Source: Camelus dromedarius (lineage: Eukaryota). From it: a stretch of DNA of 64,000 nt. The notes below the pieces were generated by a model. It was not told the DNA's origin, ran no database searches, and saw nothing but the letters and a program-made list of their open reading frames with translations. The DNA lies in the NCBI RefSeq assembly GCF_036321535.1, contig NC_087444.1, positions 78,678,001 through 78,742,000 of the forward strand, in the 5' to 3' direction. A program made the position numbers and the translations under genes. Shown here piece after piece: positions 12,975 through 25,274 of the stretch (positions are counted from its first letter, which is position 1; the number at the start of each line of letters is the position of its first letter).

Positions 12975-13906
12975 ATGGACATCCAGAACAGCACCGAGGA
13001 GCTCTACTTCATTCTGCTGGAGCTGTCCCAGTACCCCAGGGCTCAGACCGTCTTCTTCTGTTTGCTCCTCATGTCCTACATCATCACCCTTCTGGGGAAC
13101 AGCCTTGTGCTGCTCCTGATCTGCTATGACCCCCAGCTCCACATGCGCATGTACTTTTTCATCAGCAACCTGTCCTTCCTGGATATGTGTTACATCACGT
13201 CCAGTGTGCCCCAGACCCTCATCAACTGCTTGGTGACCATTCCCGCCATCTCGCTAGGACAGTGCTTGGCCCAGATGGCTGTGGGGCTGTACCTGGGTGT
13301 TGTGGAGTGCCTCCTGCTGGCCGCCATGGCCTATGACCGCTGTGTGGCTATTGGTGACCCCCTGCACTACTCTGTGCACATGGGGCCCCGGCTCTGTGGC
13401 CTGTTGGCTGGGACTTCATGGACTGCAGCCTTCCTGCTGACAATGGTCCTCGTAATGACCATGCCCTTGGAATTCTGTGGTCACCAAGTCATCAACCACT
13501 TCTCATGTGAGCTCCTGGCCCTGCTCAAGCTTGCCTGTTCTGACCTGCATTTCTATGAGTTGATCATGTGGGAATCAGCGCCCTGGCCCTGTTGGCTCCT
13601 TTTGCCTTCGTTGTGGCCTCCCATGGATGGATCCTGGTGGCTGTGCTGAGGATACAGTCCACAGAGGGCCGTGGCAAGGCATTTTCCACCTGCGGATCAC
13701 ACCTCATAGTGGTGGCCCTGTTCTATGGCACAGCCATCTCCATGTATATGACGCCACAGGACAAGACCACCCATGACCGAGACAAGATCATCTCCATATC
13801 CTACGGCATCCTCACCCCCATGATGAACCCCTTCATCTACAGCCTGCGGAACAAGGACGTGAAAGGGGCCTTCAGGAGACTGTTGGGGAGAAGGACTGAC
13901 CTCTAA
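12975..13906 (+). pseudogene. Class II olfactory receptor pseudogene (OR2/OR13-like), 1-bp deletion at ~13568
   Basis: ORFs 12933..13649 and 13568..13906 join into a 310-aa OR ([44 protein letters not shown]); the frame shifts at atg|tg gga; N-glycosylation site NST at residue 5. Confidence 0.9.
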
Positions 13907-14437
13907 GATGTGGTGTTGAGGGAGAAGAAACAAATTAATATTATGGATTGCTTACTGTAGGCCGTTAACTCTGTCCTTGCATCAATCCTATGGAGAAAGT
14001 GTTACACACACACACATGTACACACTCAAACACACAAAAACTTATTTTTAAAAAGCAATCCTGTACTAGTTCCCTTGAGGAAGTGAAACAAGAGCCATTT
14101 AGGCAATAACAAAGACAAGAGCCTAGGCTCAGTGTGTGTGTAGTTGTGTATGTGGTGTGGACAAGAGGGGGACTGTCCCAGAAATTCTCAGTGGCTGAAG
14201 GGAGAAAGGAATGAATAGATAGTCCCCTTCACATGTAGACCTACTCTTGCAGGAGGTTTCAGGACCCAGTGACCAGCCTCCAGCAATAGTTGACTCTAGC
14301 CTCGTCTGCTGCCTCTGCTGAGGAAGCACTCTAGGAAGCTGAAATCGGTGTGTGTATTTCAGAGGCACTGCTATTGCTGCCTCTGTGTCTCTTGCCAGCC
14401 TGTACTTTCCTGTCTGGGCAGTGTCTCTCTGTTAAGT

Positions 14438-15196
14438 NNNNNNNNNNNNNNNNNNNNNNNNNNNNNNNNNNNNNNNNNNNNNNNNNNNNNNNNNNNNNNN
14501 NNNNNNNNNNNNNNNNNNNNNNNNNNNNNNNNNNNNNNNNNNNNNNNNNNNNNNNNNNNNNNNNNNNNNNNNNNNNNNNNNNNNNNNNNNNNNNNNNNNN
14601 NNNNNNNNNNNNAACTCTAATTTGAAAAGACACTTGCACCCCNNNNNNNNNNNNNNNNNNNNNNNNNNNNNNNNNNNNNNNNNNNNNNNNNNNNNNNNNN
14701 NNNNNNNNNNNNNNNNNNNNNNNNNNNNNNNNNNNNNNNNNNNNNNNNNNNNNNNNNNNNNNNNNNNNNNNNNNNNNNNNNNNNNNNATGAGACTGTCCT
14801 TCTAAGTGAATTAAGTCAAAAAGAGACAGAAAACTACCATATGATATCATTCATATGTAGAATCTAAAAAAAGAAAGAAGACACTAATGAACTTTTCTAC
14901 AAAACAGAAACAGACTCACAGACATAGTAAACAAACTTATGGTTCCCGGGGGAAAAGGGGTGTGAAGGGATAAATTGGGAATTCAAGATTTGCAAATATG
15001 AACTGCTATATATAAAACAGATAAACAACAAGTTTCTACTGTATAGAAAAGGGAAGTATATTCAATATCTTGCAGTAACCTATAATGAAAAAGAGTATGA
15101 AAACAAATATATGTATGTATATGTATGACTGAAACATTATGCTGTCCACCAGAAATTGACACACTGTAAACTGACTATACTTCCATTAAAAAAAAA
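14438..15196 (+). mobile_element. L1 3' end (two N runs inside)
   Basis: aactctaatttgaaaagacacttgcacccc...ctaagtgaattaagtcaaaaagag...gactatacttccattaaaaaaaaa. Confidence 0.85.
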
Positions 15197-15648
15197 GAAC
15201 TGTGAGAGATCTGGGATTTTTACCTACTTACAAACTAGTCTATTAAATGAATGCTGGAAAAAGACATGAGGCTCCTGGGTCAGAGACAAAGAACTTTATT
15301 ACTCATGGCTAAGGTAGTATCTACCACTTCACGTTTGCTTGCATCAGTTACCCAGGCCCTCTAAGCCCCACAGGGATGGTTGCTAAGAGCTTATTGTGGA
15401 GAACTGCATGTGCAGTGGGTTGCACTACAGGAGAGCAACACTGGGCTTAAAGGATCTACCTCTCTTATAGTCGACAGAAGCAAGTTTGCTCTTTGTGTAG
15501 GAGATGTTTTTTTCATGCTGCAAAATTTCTCACTGCAAACACAACCCTGAGAAATGGACCAGGTAAACAGAAGTCAGGTTGCAGTCCTGGCATATCCAGT
15601 AAGAATGTGTGTCGATACTCAGGAACCAGTGATTGTTTTTTTCCAACA
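15197..15648 (-). mobile_element. ERVL-class solo LTR (MER21/MER68/MER77-like)
   Basis: on - strand begins tgttgg and ends ...ctttgtctctgacccaggagcctcatgtc...gtaggtaaaaatcccagatctctcacagttc, as recalled for this LTR group; terminal bases probably displaced to ~14430 by the L1. Confidence 0.55.
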
Positions 15649-16599
15649 CCCTCCCTACCCTCTCCAGTACTCTCTAGTGTGGACCCACTTGATAAAAGTG
15701 GAAAATTGAAACGCACACAGTGACATGGCTACCCCAAAGACCCACCACTAGTACAGGCCAGAAGGAAACCAGTTCATCTGATGTGATGCCCCCTTGCATA
15801 ATTCAAGGAAAAGGCCAAATGTTAAGTCATCAGCTAGCTATGGTTTCCTTCTATCCTGGCCTGGCTGACCTGAGACCTTCCCCTATGACAGAGGTGTCAT
15901 CTTTTACTATTGTGTAAGGGATTGTGAAAATCATAATCGAAGCTTGCATGTTTAACTACTGCTGTGTACCAAACTCTCCGAGTTCCTTTACTGTATTGTT
16001 TCCTTATCTGTAAATTACGAACTACCTCTATGGCAAAGATTAGTACTTTGCACCCATAAAGCAGGCAAGTATTTCCCTTGTTAAGCCCTTCAGTTAGTCT
16101 GGCCTGCCCCACCTCTGACTAAGATCTGTCCATGGTGCTGAAATGACATTTCGATTACGTATTCAGTGGCAGATAAAGGAAGCACGCGATGCTAACCGGC
16201 TTGTGCCAAGGTGACCTCAAAGCATGTTTATGGAATAAAGTGAGGTCAAGATCCATTGTTCTATAAAGAAGAAGAAAAGGCTGCAACTGGTAGCCTGGGA
16301 TGCCTTGAGCCACACATGAAGTCTGCTTATGTGTTTATTTCACCACTCAAGAGCCACTTAGCATATGCCATGTAATAGGACCCATGCTGGTTCCTGAGGC
16401 AACAGAGGTGAGAGGACGCGTCTACGATAACTAAATTCATAATGCCTTATGGTATGTTTGTGGTGTGTCTGTAGGTACCATGTTGACTGTTACAACATTC
16501 ATATGCTAGTTTCCCCAATTTTAGAACAGTTCTTATATATAAAATGTATTTTAAAAATTGGTTTTGGCAATCCTGAAAAAAACCATACTATTTTGAAGG

Positions 16600-17050
16600 A
16601 TGGATAATAAAAAAGTAGAAAGAGGACAATAGGGGAGAAAGAGAGAGAAAATATGATGGGAGAGACTGTCAAAGGGAGGAAGAACGGTTCATTCAGAAGG
16701 GAGGAAGATTCTAGGAGAGAAATGGACAGGCAGAGAGAGAAAGTCAGACAGGGAGTGGAAGACGCCTAGAGAGATGCAGATATTGGCTGAATGTGTCAGA
16801 GAGACAGTGAGAACTGAAACAGAATGAAGAACAGAAATGAGGTGGTGGGGAGACCAGTAGAGATGTTTGCAAAGACTACAACAGAGATAGACTGAGTGAA
16901 AAAGGCAGAGATACAGAGACAGAGAGGGATGGAAACGGATAAGAGGGCAGGGAGAGAGTGAAGAGATGGATTGAGAGATATTTAGAGAACTGAGCAAACA
17001 AAAAGACAGGAGGGCCAAGAGGGGCAGGGAGTTACAAAAGACAAAGAAAT
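16600..17050 (+). repeat. GA-rich (polypurine) low-complexity tract
   Basis: about 450 bp dominated by A/G on the + strand. Confidence 0.8.
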
Positions 17051-19599
17051 AATAAGCACCGTTTTCCCTCCAGCCTGCCTTCAGTTCTCACAACCAGCGA
17101 GGGTAGGCAGGGTTCCCTGGATAGCTCAAGTGGGGCTGTGCTCTTGTGCTAAGGTCTCCCCACCAAAGCATCATTAGTGATGGCCAATTAGGGTTCCTGA
17201 TGGGAGTCCAGGGTGGTTCCCAGAGTCCTGACCTGAGGTGTCATCAGAGCAAGGAGTCTGACTGTTGCTTCTTCGAGTCCCTTGTGACAAGGCTCTCCAA
17301 GGAACCAATTAGAACACTATAATTGTTAATTCATGAGGCCAGGTTGGACATCTTGCCACCTTCTGAGCCTCTGAGCCCAGGTGTCAGGAACCCAGCGTAC
17401 TGCCCATCCTTGGTCTTGGGGAACCATCTGAGTGCCCTGCTATGGAGAGCTGGAGTTTCGAAGCTGCCTCGTGAAGGAGGAAGTAGGAAATTTCTGGGTG
17501 GAGGTGAGTCTGTGCCAGGCTGTGGAATTTTGGGGAGACCCACATGTAGGCAGCATGGTGTTTTATGCTCCGGAGATTCCAGTGTGCGAAATTATTTGTG
17601 TGTGAGAGTGTGTAGGAGGGCGATATTTGGGGAGATAGCTTTTCCCTCTTTGAAGACTTTCATTCTTCAAAAGACATTATTTCTGCATAGACCTCTCCTA
17701 CTCGGTCTCAGCTGCACCCATGACTTCAATTGGTCTTTAAATGTGAGGGTGTTTGATCATCTTCAAATGTCAATCTCCAGCCATCATCCCTCTCCGGAGC
17801 CCCAGAATCATGTATGCAACTGCCTACTGAAGAAAATTCTTTTTTCTCCTCCTAAAGCCTTAAAACACAGTAAGTCCAGAAAATCAAGTTCCTTTCCAAA
17901 ATGTGAGAATGTTTGGGGAACAGGGATTTTTAATTGCAGGTTTATAACATGCACCCAAGTGTATGCACAGCTGTGTACACAGCGCATGCACAAGACCTGT
18001 ATCCACTCCGAGACTAGAATCTGCAACTTTTCTCCAGTTGCCTCAGGTTTTGTAAATTGATGTAGTGCCCTCTGATTGCCATTCACCATGGTCTTCTAGT
18101 TCCTACGTGGTCTGGCCATGACGACCTCTCCATCTTCATTCACATCACCCTTCCATTTATAACACTCCAGCCCCTGGCATTCTGTCCATTATACCAACCA
18201 AGCTTATTCCTGCCTCAGGACCTTTGCACTTCACCCAAATCTTCCCACTGTGGGATTTTCCTCATCTTCAGGACTTGACTTAGCATTACAGTGTCTGGCC
18301 CCCTGCTTTAAAATAACCCACTCGCAGATCACATTCTGTCACATTATACTCTAGTATTTCCTTCATAGCCTGCAGTCTCTCTCTGAAAACGTAAGACTAA
18401 TTGTTAGTTTCCTTATTGGTTACCTGTCTCCTGAGCTGCAGTATACATCCCCTGAGAGGAGGGACATCACTTACCAGTTTCTCCAGTAAATCCCAGTGGC
18501 CAGCACAGCTTCTAACGTTTGTTCAGCAAATAAATACTTGAGGGGGTGAACAGCAAAGCAGAAAGCTCTCTAGAGGCTGAAGCGGGAGTAGGAGGCTCTG
18601 GGGGTGCCAGAAAGATAGTCCAAGGTAGGGAGGGACTCGTAAGGAGGTTAAACAATTTCCGCTTTATCCTGGAGACCAAAGAGACTCACCGAAGATTTTC
18701 AAGTTGCTCGGGAAAATCATGAGTATTGGACCTGGACACAGGGAGACAGAGAGGCGGCCACTGTAGCAGAAAAGGCCAGAGGTGAGGCCCTCTCAATGAG
18801 GTGAGCCATGGATGAAGGGACAGTCAGGTACCTGGGGGCTTTCTGCAACACCTTCCTTTATTCTGAGATGGAAACACTTCAGCAATATGGAGTGTTACAG
18901 TCCCAGGCAATCCGAGAAAATTTCTTCGAGTCTTTGAAGAGAAATTCTGCCGTGTATTTTTTTAAAAACGTGGCCATTTCCTTCCCAAATCTGAATACAT
19001 TTAAGTTATTTCAGTATTTCCCCCATCACAGGGTTTCACAAGGCCTTGAACAGACTGTTCTCCTCAAGGGGCCTTATCCCTGATTCAGGGCTGAAGCACC
19101 TCTGAATTTGTGTGCAAAACGTTGTGCATGGGGTATTTTCTGGGGGAAGGTCTGTGTCTTTTCTGGTCTCTCAAGAGGAGCCCTGATACAAAAGGGACTG
19201 AGGACAGGTGTCCTACAGGGCTGGAGCTTGGTGTCTGAAGACAAAAGAGCAACGTCAGTAGTGGCCCTAGATCGTAATAGTAGCAACCATAACAACCACA
19301 GCTACGGCAGCGACACGTGCAAGGTGCTTCCTGTGTGACAGGTAGCTTTCTTGGGACTCCGTGTGAACATTTTTCAGATACTTTTTTTACTTATAAATCA
19401 AAATACGTAAGCAGGATTTCATTTTAAAAAATCTAATAGAATTTCTGATTTTCAGAGATTTTATCGGCTTTTAAGAAACACAGTACTAAAAGAAATTATA
19501 AGCATGAAACTCAGCATCTCATGGACTTTACTGACATTACATACATACAGTTTAATGCGAGGCTAAGTAACTACTGGGCATTTTTTATTGTTTTTAAAA

Positions 19600-19930
19600 G
19601 TTTCTTATTTTTTAAATTGAAGTACAGTCAGTTACAATGTGTCAGTTTCTGGTGTACAGCACAATGTCCCAGTCATGCATATATGTATGTATATTCGTAA
19701 AGTCCAGTTAACTGGGGTTTTTTGGCCTTTTTCGGTGGGTGAGGTAATTAGGTTTATTTATTTAGTTATAGGAGGTCCTCGGGATTGAACCCAGGACCTT
19801 GTGCATGTGCTGTACCACTTGAGCTATACCCTCCCCCTAAAGTTCTTATTTTTTATTGAAGTGTAGTCAGTTTACAATGTTAGTTTCAGGTGTACAGCAA
19901 AGTGATTCAGTTATACACATACACTTATAA

Positions 19931-19978
<48 letters not shown>

Positions 19979-20130
19979 CAGATTCTTTTCCATTACAGTT
20001 CATCACAAGAAATTGAATATAGTTCCCTGTGCTATACAGTTGGTCCTTGTTGTTTATCTGTTTTATATATAGTAATATGTATCTGTTAATCCCAAACTCC
20101 TCTAATTTATACCCTCTTCCTCCCTGGTAA
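19600..20130 (-). mobile_element. Two L1 3' ends separated by a Vic-1 SINE, with internal (AT)21 at 19935-19976
   Basis: ttttttaaattgaagtacagtcagttac at ~19605 and ttttttattgaagtgtagtcagtttac at ~19848. Confidence 0.75.
19715..19837 (-). mobile_element. tRNA-derived SINE (camelid Vic-1-like)
   Basis: reverse complement gggggagggtatagctc...ggtcctgggttcaatccc...aataaataaacctaattacctcaccc. Confidence 0.8.
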
Positions 20131-21149
20131 TCACGTATCGAACATTTTAAAGTGAAAGATCTGGTATCCACAGTTTGAAAACTGTCAGATTTTTGAGACT
20201 GCATTCTCCAACATTAGTTTAAAATGACAGTAAAGTCGATACTGTAGCATTTTGAAGAAACAACTTATTATTAGGGATTTTAACATAAAGGTAGATCTGG
20301 AAATCTAGGCTGTGTTGAAGATAAATGAAGTAACTCTAACAGGAAAGGAAATCCGTCGGTTTTGGCCATCTTTCCACCTCCAGCCCCTAACACCATGTCC
20401 AGCCTATGAAGTGTACACAAAATATATTTGTTGGCTAAAGAGAAAAGCACACATGCATGCATGCACACACCCTATATAATTATTCTCTTTCCAAAGAGCT
20501 TTAGCAAAGACCTTCAGCTGGCTTCTCCATTATTGTTAGCAGACCTAGACATGCTTCTGTATAGACTCGAAATGCCCCGTTCTTCCTCACCTAACAGAAA
20601 TGTCAGCTTCCACACTCCAGGCCGTCCAACAGACTATCCCTAACTAGGAACTGGATTATTATCCATTGCTGAAACAATAATCAGGTCTAGGACTACAGTG
20701 CCGTTGTACTGCTTGCTTAACTCACATATTCTTAAAAAAACTTGTGAGTTAGCTATAGTAAGTGTCTGCATCTCATAAATGGGGAAACCGAGGCACGGAG
20801 AGTCTACATCCTTATTCTGCGACAGAGGCAGAATCTTTATGGAACCAATTGATTGCAGAGACCCCTGCTTTCAGCCACTATCCTCCACTGTTTCAGCAAA
20901 TTTATTTGGGCATTTCCTCAATGCCAGGCCCTGGGGTCAGCCCTGGGGATGTGGTCAGCTGGGAACAAGACCAACATGAGCCTCATGACTCTTAAAAGAT
21001 GGGTGCTGCCTTCAGACTTCCTGAGAGAGGAACAGGCCAGATTTCTCATCTGTTCACTGCCTGCCCTGTGCTTGACCATAACAGGAGGAGCAGAGACCAG
21101 AGTCCTGGGAGCCCACTGGTCCCTGCAGTGGACTGATGTCACCTGTTGG

Positions 21150-22335
21150 TACTGAGAAGGGAGAAGGAGGGAGAGAAGGAGGGTGAGGGAGGAGGGAGGA
21201 GCCAGAGAAAAAGTTGGGAAGGATGATGAGAGATGAAGGGCGAGGACAAACAGGAAGATGAGGGGAGAGAATGATGAGGCAGAGGGGAGATGGAGAAATC
21301 TACGGGGGAGGAGGAAACCGAGAACTGCGGGGAATATGAGTGTAGTAAGGGAAGGAAGGAGGGGGGAAGAGAGATGATAAGTGCATGAGGATAAGGGTGA
21401 GCAGAAGGAAAAGAAGGAGAAAGACGTAGAGGTAAACAAAGCCAGACAGAAAGAAGGCAAGGGAAGGAAGAGACATGGACAGAAACTAAAGAAGGAAGGA
21501 AGGGAAGAGGGCGTGAGAGAGGAAAAAGAATCACTCAGTGATAGGATCTATAGTAAGAGACATGGGGGAAACAGAGAAAGTAAAACCCAGGGATATACAG
21601 ACATGCAAGGAAAACGTGGGGCATGGAAGCAGAGTGGAAAGGAGGGAGAGAGAGGGGGAGGGAGAGAGAGAAAATGAATGGATTGTGAGAGAGCAAGAGG
21701 AAGTGTGGGCGGGGGAAGGAAAAGTCAACTCGAGAGATGGGAAGGAGAAGTGGAGTCGGGGAGGAGGAGATGGGGGAAGCGCTGGCTGGGGGCTCTCACC
21801 CTTGTGCAGGTCAGGGAGCTCCTGGAGGAAGTCCCCCTCCTCCCAGCAAATGGACAGAGGCACCTCGTGACTTGTGTTGGGCGTCAGCAGACTCCTGAAG
21901 CACAGCCGTGGACCTCAGGGTTAATTGTGCTCGGTGCATGGAGTAGAAGAGAGGACAGTGGAAGGAGATTTCAGAAACAGGAAGATGAGAGGAGGCTGGA
22001 GAAAGAAATGCAGGGAGAGGCGGAAAGGAGAGAAAGAGGAGGAGGTAGCAGAGTGGGACTGGGTGGTGTATACACTACCCCTGGGCTAATGTCATGGGTC
22101 ATGGTCATGGGTCATGATCCACTGGGGGAATGGGCTCTTGTGACCCCCACATACACACACATCCCTGACGTGTGGTGAGAGAGAGGGAGTGGCAGAAGCC
22201 TAGAAGGAAGAGAGATGAAGACAGAAAGACAGAAATGGAGGGGAAATGGATAAGGGAGAATAATGGAAATAAAATAGGAGAAAGAGACAGAGACAGAGGG
22301 GGAGAGAGAGAGAGAGAGAGAAATGAAGAGAGAAC
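21150..22335 (+). repeat. GA-rich low-complexity tracts (~21150-21780 and ~21940-22335)
   Basis: long purine-dominated runs incl. (GA)n at ~22305-22320. Confidence 0.8.
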
Positions 22336-22471
22336 AGAATGAGATTTTACCAAATCTTCCAAGTAATTAATTATCCAATTCTTATACAAAATGTTACAGA
22401 AAATAGAAAAAGGGAGAAAGCTATCTAGCTTGCTTCAGGCATGGACAACTCTGACCTGATGTCAGGTTGAT

Positions 22472-22612
22472 GGGGGAGGGTAAAGCTCAGTGGTAGAGCA
22501 CATACTTAGCATGTAGAAGGTCCTGGGTTCAATCCCAAGTGCCTCCATTTGAATTAATAAATAAGTAAACCTAATTACCTCCCCCACCCCCCAAACAACA
22601 ACAACAACAAAA
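22472..22612 (+). mobile_element. tRNA-derived SINE (Vic-1-like, long tail form)
   Basis: gggggagggtaaagctcagtggtagagc (A box) ... ggttcaatccc (B box) ... aataaataagtaaacctaattacctccccc + (AAC)n. Confidence 0.85.
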
Positions 22613-23038
22613 GTGGTAACAGGTTGAAAATAGTATAAGAAAAAATTATAGTGAATATGAAACAAAACTTATAAATGAACTCTTAATTAAACACATCCAG
22701 CATTCTATAAAAATATTTCTACAACATGAAACAAAGTTTATTCCAGGAATGCAAAGATAAGGTATTCAGTATAACTGGAATGTCATTGAGGGTAAAGTTT
22801 GAACCCCAACTTGAATGCTTAAATACTTACATTGACTTGGGCAAATTAGTTGACCTCTCTGTACCTCAGTGTTCTCATATAAAAGATGACAATAACAAGA
22901 AAATAATTAATAATAACATAGAAATAATAAGAGTAAAACTTACCTCGTAGGGTATTTGTGAGGATGGAATGTGCTCATTCATGGAAAAGCTCTTGAAATA
23001 TTGCCTAGGACATGGTTGGTGCTCAAAAATGATTAGAT

Positions 23039-23115
23039 GGGGGGGAGGATAGTAACTCAGGGGTAGAGCACGAGGTCCTGGGTTCAATCTCCAGTACCTC
23101 CACTGAAAAAAAAAA
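23039..23115 (+). mobile_element. tRNA-derived SINE (Vic-1-like, short, internally deleted)
   Basis: ggggaggatagtaactcaggggtagagcacgaggtcctgggttcaatctcc...A-tail. Confidence 0.8.
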
Positions 23116-23739
23116 GGATATAATTTTGTAATGTATGTCAGTGCAACTCACATCAACAGGTTGGAGAATATATGGTAATTAAAAATAACCAATGGCAGAA
23201 AATCATTAGATACAACACAGTGTTTACTCATGGTCCAGGTAAGTATCTTAGTAATTTAGGGAAAGAGACAACTTTCCCTGACCCAGGAAAGGCAATAATA
23301 AAGTCAGCAAACATTAAACAACAGTAAGCACTAGCTGAATCCCCATGAAGGTCAGGGGCAAGGCAAGAACGGCTGCTCTCGCTGCCAGTGTTCCACGCTG
23401 TACTTGAGTTCTTAGCCAGTGCAATAAGACAAGAGAAGGATGGGAGGAATAAGGGCTGAAAAGGCAGAGAGCGGAGGCAGGAATAAAGTTGGGTGTAATG
23501 GTTAAAGGCATGGGCTTAGCAGCCAGGCATGGCTTGGTTTGTTTCTCGGTTTGTTTTTTCTTCAGATTGACATGAACAAAAGACTTGTCTCAGAACGTAC
23601 TACCTTGTGTGTAAACTTGGAATAACAATACCCCCTTTCCTGGCGACAAATGAGTTAATCCGCACAAAGTGCTGAGTGGAACGTCCGACACACACTTGGT
23701 GCTCAGGCAATGGTAGCTGCTGGTGTTATTATGAAACAG

Positions 23740-24100
23740 AAACTGAGATGTGGAGACGGAGAAATATGAGATAAGAGGCAGAGGAGAGAGGGAATCGGGA
23801 ACACTTAAAAATGACAGGAAAAGCAGAGAAACGTGAACGGTATGGGAAGATGGAGAAAAAAGAGAGGAAATAAAGAAAAATATAATAGTGCATGTGAGGC
23901 ACTGTGCTGGGCGAATCCATTCGTTCAGCCTTACAGACCCTGAGAGATGGATTTTATGATCGTTATTCTTTGAATGGAAAGTTAGGGAGCAGTAGAGAGA
24001 TGAGAGCTGGGAGAGAGGGAGGGAGAGAAACAGAGACAGAGAGAGAAGGAAAGAGACGGGTGGGGAGGAGGAGAGGCAAAGTACAGAGATGGGAAAAGGA
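23740..24100 (+). repeat. GA-rich low-complexity tract immediately upstream of the OR at 24168
   Basis: purine-dominated sequence. Confidence 0.75.
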
Positions 24101-24141
24101 CCAGTGCCGACACCTCCAGCCCACGAGGGGCTGCAGTGGGG

Positions 24142-24166
24142 CCTCACACCTGCGCTTCTCCCGCAG
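24142..24166 (+). promoter_or_regulatory. Putative 3' splice site before the OR start codon
   Basis: cctcac...ctgcgcttctcccgcAG|gATG; OR coding exons are commonly preceded by 5'UTR introns. Confidence 0.55.
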
Positions 24167-24167
24167 G

Positions 24168-25133
24168 ATGCGCCCGGCTGCCTGGAATGAGTCGGGGACC
24201 TCGGACTTCGTGCTGCTGGGGCTGGGGGCCCCGCCCTCCCTGCGGCCCTTGCTGTGGGCGGCGCTCCTGGTGGCCTATCTGGCCACGGTGCTGGGCAATG
24301 GCGCCCTGGTGGGGCTGATCGCCTTGGACCGGCGGCTGCACCGGCCCATGTACCGCCTGCTCGCCCACCTGGCGCTGCTGGACACGGCGTACGTGAGCAC
24401 CACGCTCCCGCAGGCTCTGGTGCACATGAGGGCCCGCCGAGCCACCCTCTCCCCGGCGCGCTGCGGGGCGCAGCTCTACGTGGGCATCTCCCTGGGCAGC
24501 TGCGAGGCCCTGCTGCTGGCCGCCATGGCGCTGGACCGCTGCCTGGCCGTGCGCCAGCCCCTGCGCTACGCGGCGCTCGTGACGCCCCCGCGCTGCGCCG
24601 CGCTGGCCGCCGCCGCCTGGGCGCTGGGCTTCGCGCTGTCGGCGCCCAACGCCGCGGCCGCGCTGCGCCTGCGCTTCTGCCCCGGGCGGCCGGCCGTCGA
24701 CCACTTCTTCTGCGAGCTGCCCGCTGTGCTGAGGACGGCGTGTGCGGACACCTCCGCCAACCAGCTGCTGGTCTACGGCCTGGGCACGCCCATCCTCTTG
24801 GTGCCTTTGACCTTCATCCTCGCCTCCTACGCCTTGATTCTGGCGGCCGTGGGCAAGCTGCCGTCCGCCGAGAGCCGCCTCAAGGCGCTGTCCACCTGTG
24901 GCTCCCACCTGGCCGTGGTGGGGCTCTTCTACGGCACGGTGACCGCCATGTACCTGCGCCCGCGGGGCTCCAGCGCCCTCCCCGCCAGGCGCCACAAGCT
25001 GGTGGCTGTCTTCTATCTGGTCGTCACGCCTGTCCTGAACCCACTCATCTACAGCCTTCGAAACCGCGAGGTCCACGCGGCAGCCCGCTACGCCCTCGCC
25101 CGGCTGCGGGGGTCGCGCTCGGAGCTGCGCTGA
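24168..25133 (+). CDS. Olfactory receptor, class II, 321 aa, very GC-rich (OR2-like)
   Basis: MRPAAWNESGTSDFVLLGL...GN...LHRPMY...MALDRC..PLRY...HFFCE...KALSTCGSH...PVLNPLIYSLRN; ATG 24168 is in frame with track ORF 23904..25133 and follows a splice acceptor. Confidence 0.92.
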   Translation: MRPAAWNESGTSDFVLLGLGAPPSLRPLLWAALLVAYLATVLGNGALVGLIALDRRLHRPMYRLLAHLALLDTAYVSTTLPQALVHMRARRATLSPARCGAQLYVGISLGSCEALLLAAMALDRCLAVRQPLRYAALVTPPRCAALAAAAWALGFALSAPNAAAALRLRFCPGRPAVDHFFCELPAVLRTACADTSANQLLVYGLGTPILLVPLTFILASYALILAAVGKLPSAESRLKALSTCGSHLAVVGLFYGTVTAMYLRPRGSSALPARRHKLVAVFYLVVTPVLNPLIYSLRNREVHAAARYALARLRGSRSELR

Positions 25134-25274
25134 GCCCGCCGGGCTGCAGGCGCGGAGCTGGAAGCTCCCTCCTGGCTCTGACGCGTGACTTTGGTCTTGC
25201 GCGCGCCGCACTGTCCGCCTGAATCTCTGTGCGTCTTTGGGTGCGCTGTCTTTACAGACCTCTGTGCATAGGTC

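Larger units (their letters stand above)
24130..25260. promoter_or_regulatory. CpG island spanning the whole OR coding exon
   Basis: dense CpG; e.g. 24601-24660 is 51/60 GC by count. Confidence 0.85.

Noticed and set aside
20918-22178. Ser/Leu/Pro-rich and Glu/Arg-rich ORFs of 100-180 aa
   Set aside because: Products of polypurine low-complexity tracts.
22472-22545. tRNA-Ala-like sequences (nine copies) as tRNA genes
   Set aside because: Degenerate stems, A-rich tails, a shared non-tRNA 3' module and TSDs identify them as SINEs.
23904-24167. 88-aa N-terminal extension of the OR in the ORF track
   Set aside because: Starts at a non-ATG codon, runs through a GA-rich tract, and lies upstream of a clear splice acceptor. 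ATG 24168 gives a normal OR length and glycosylation position.
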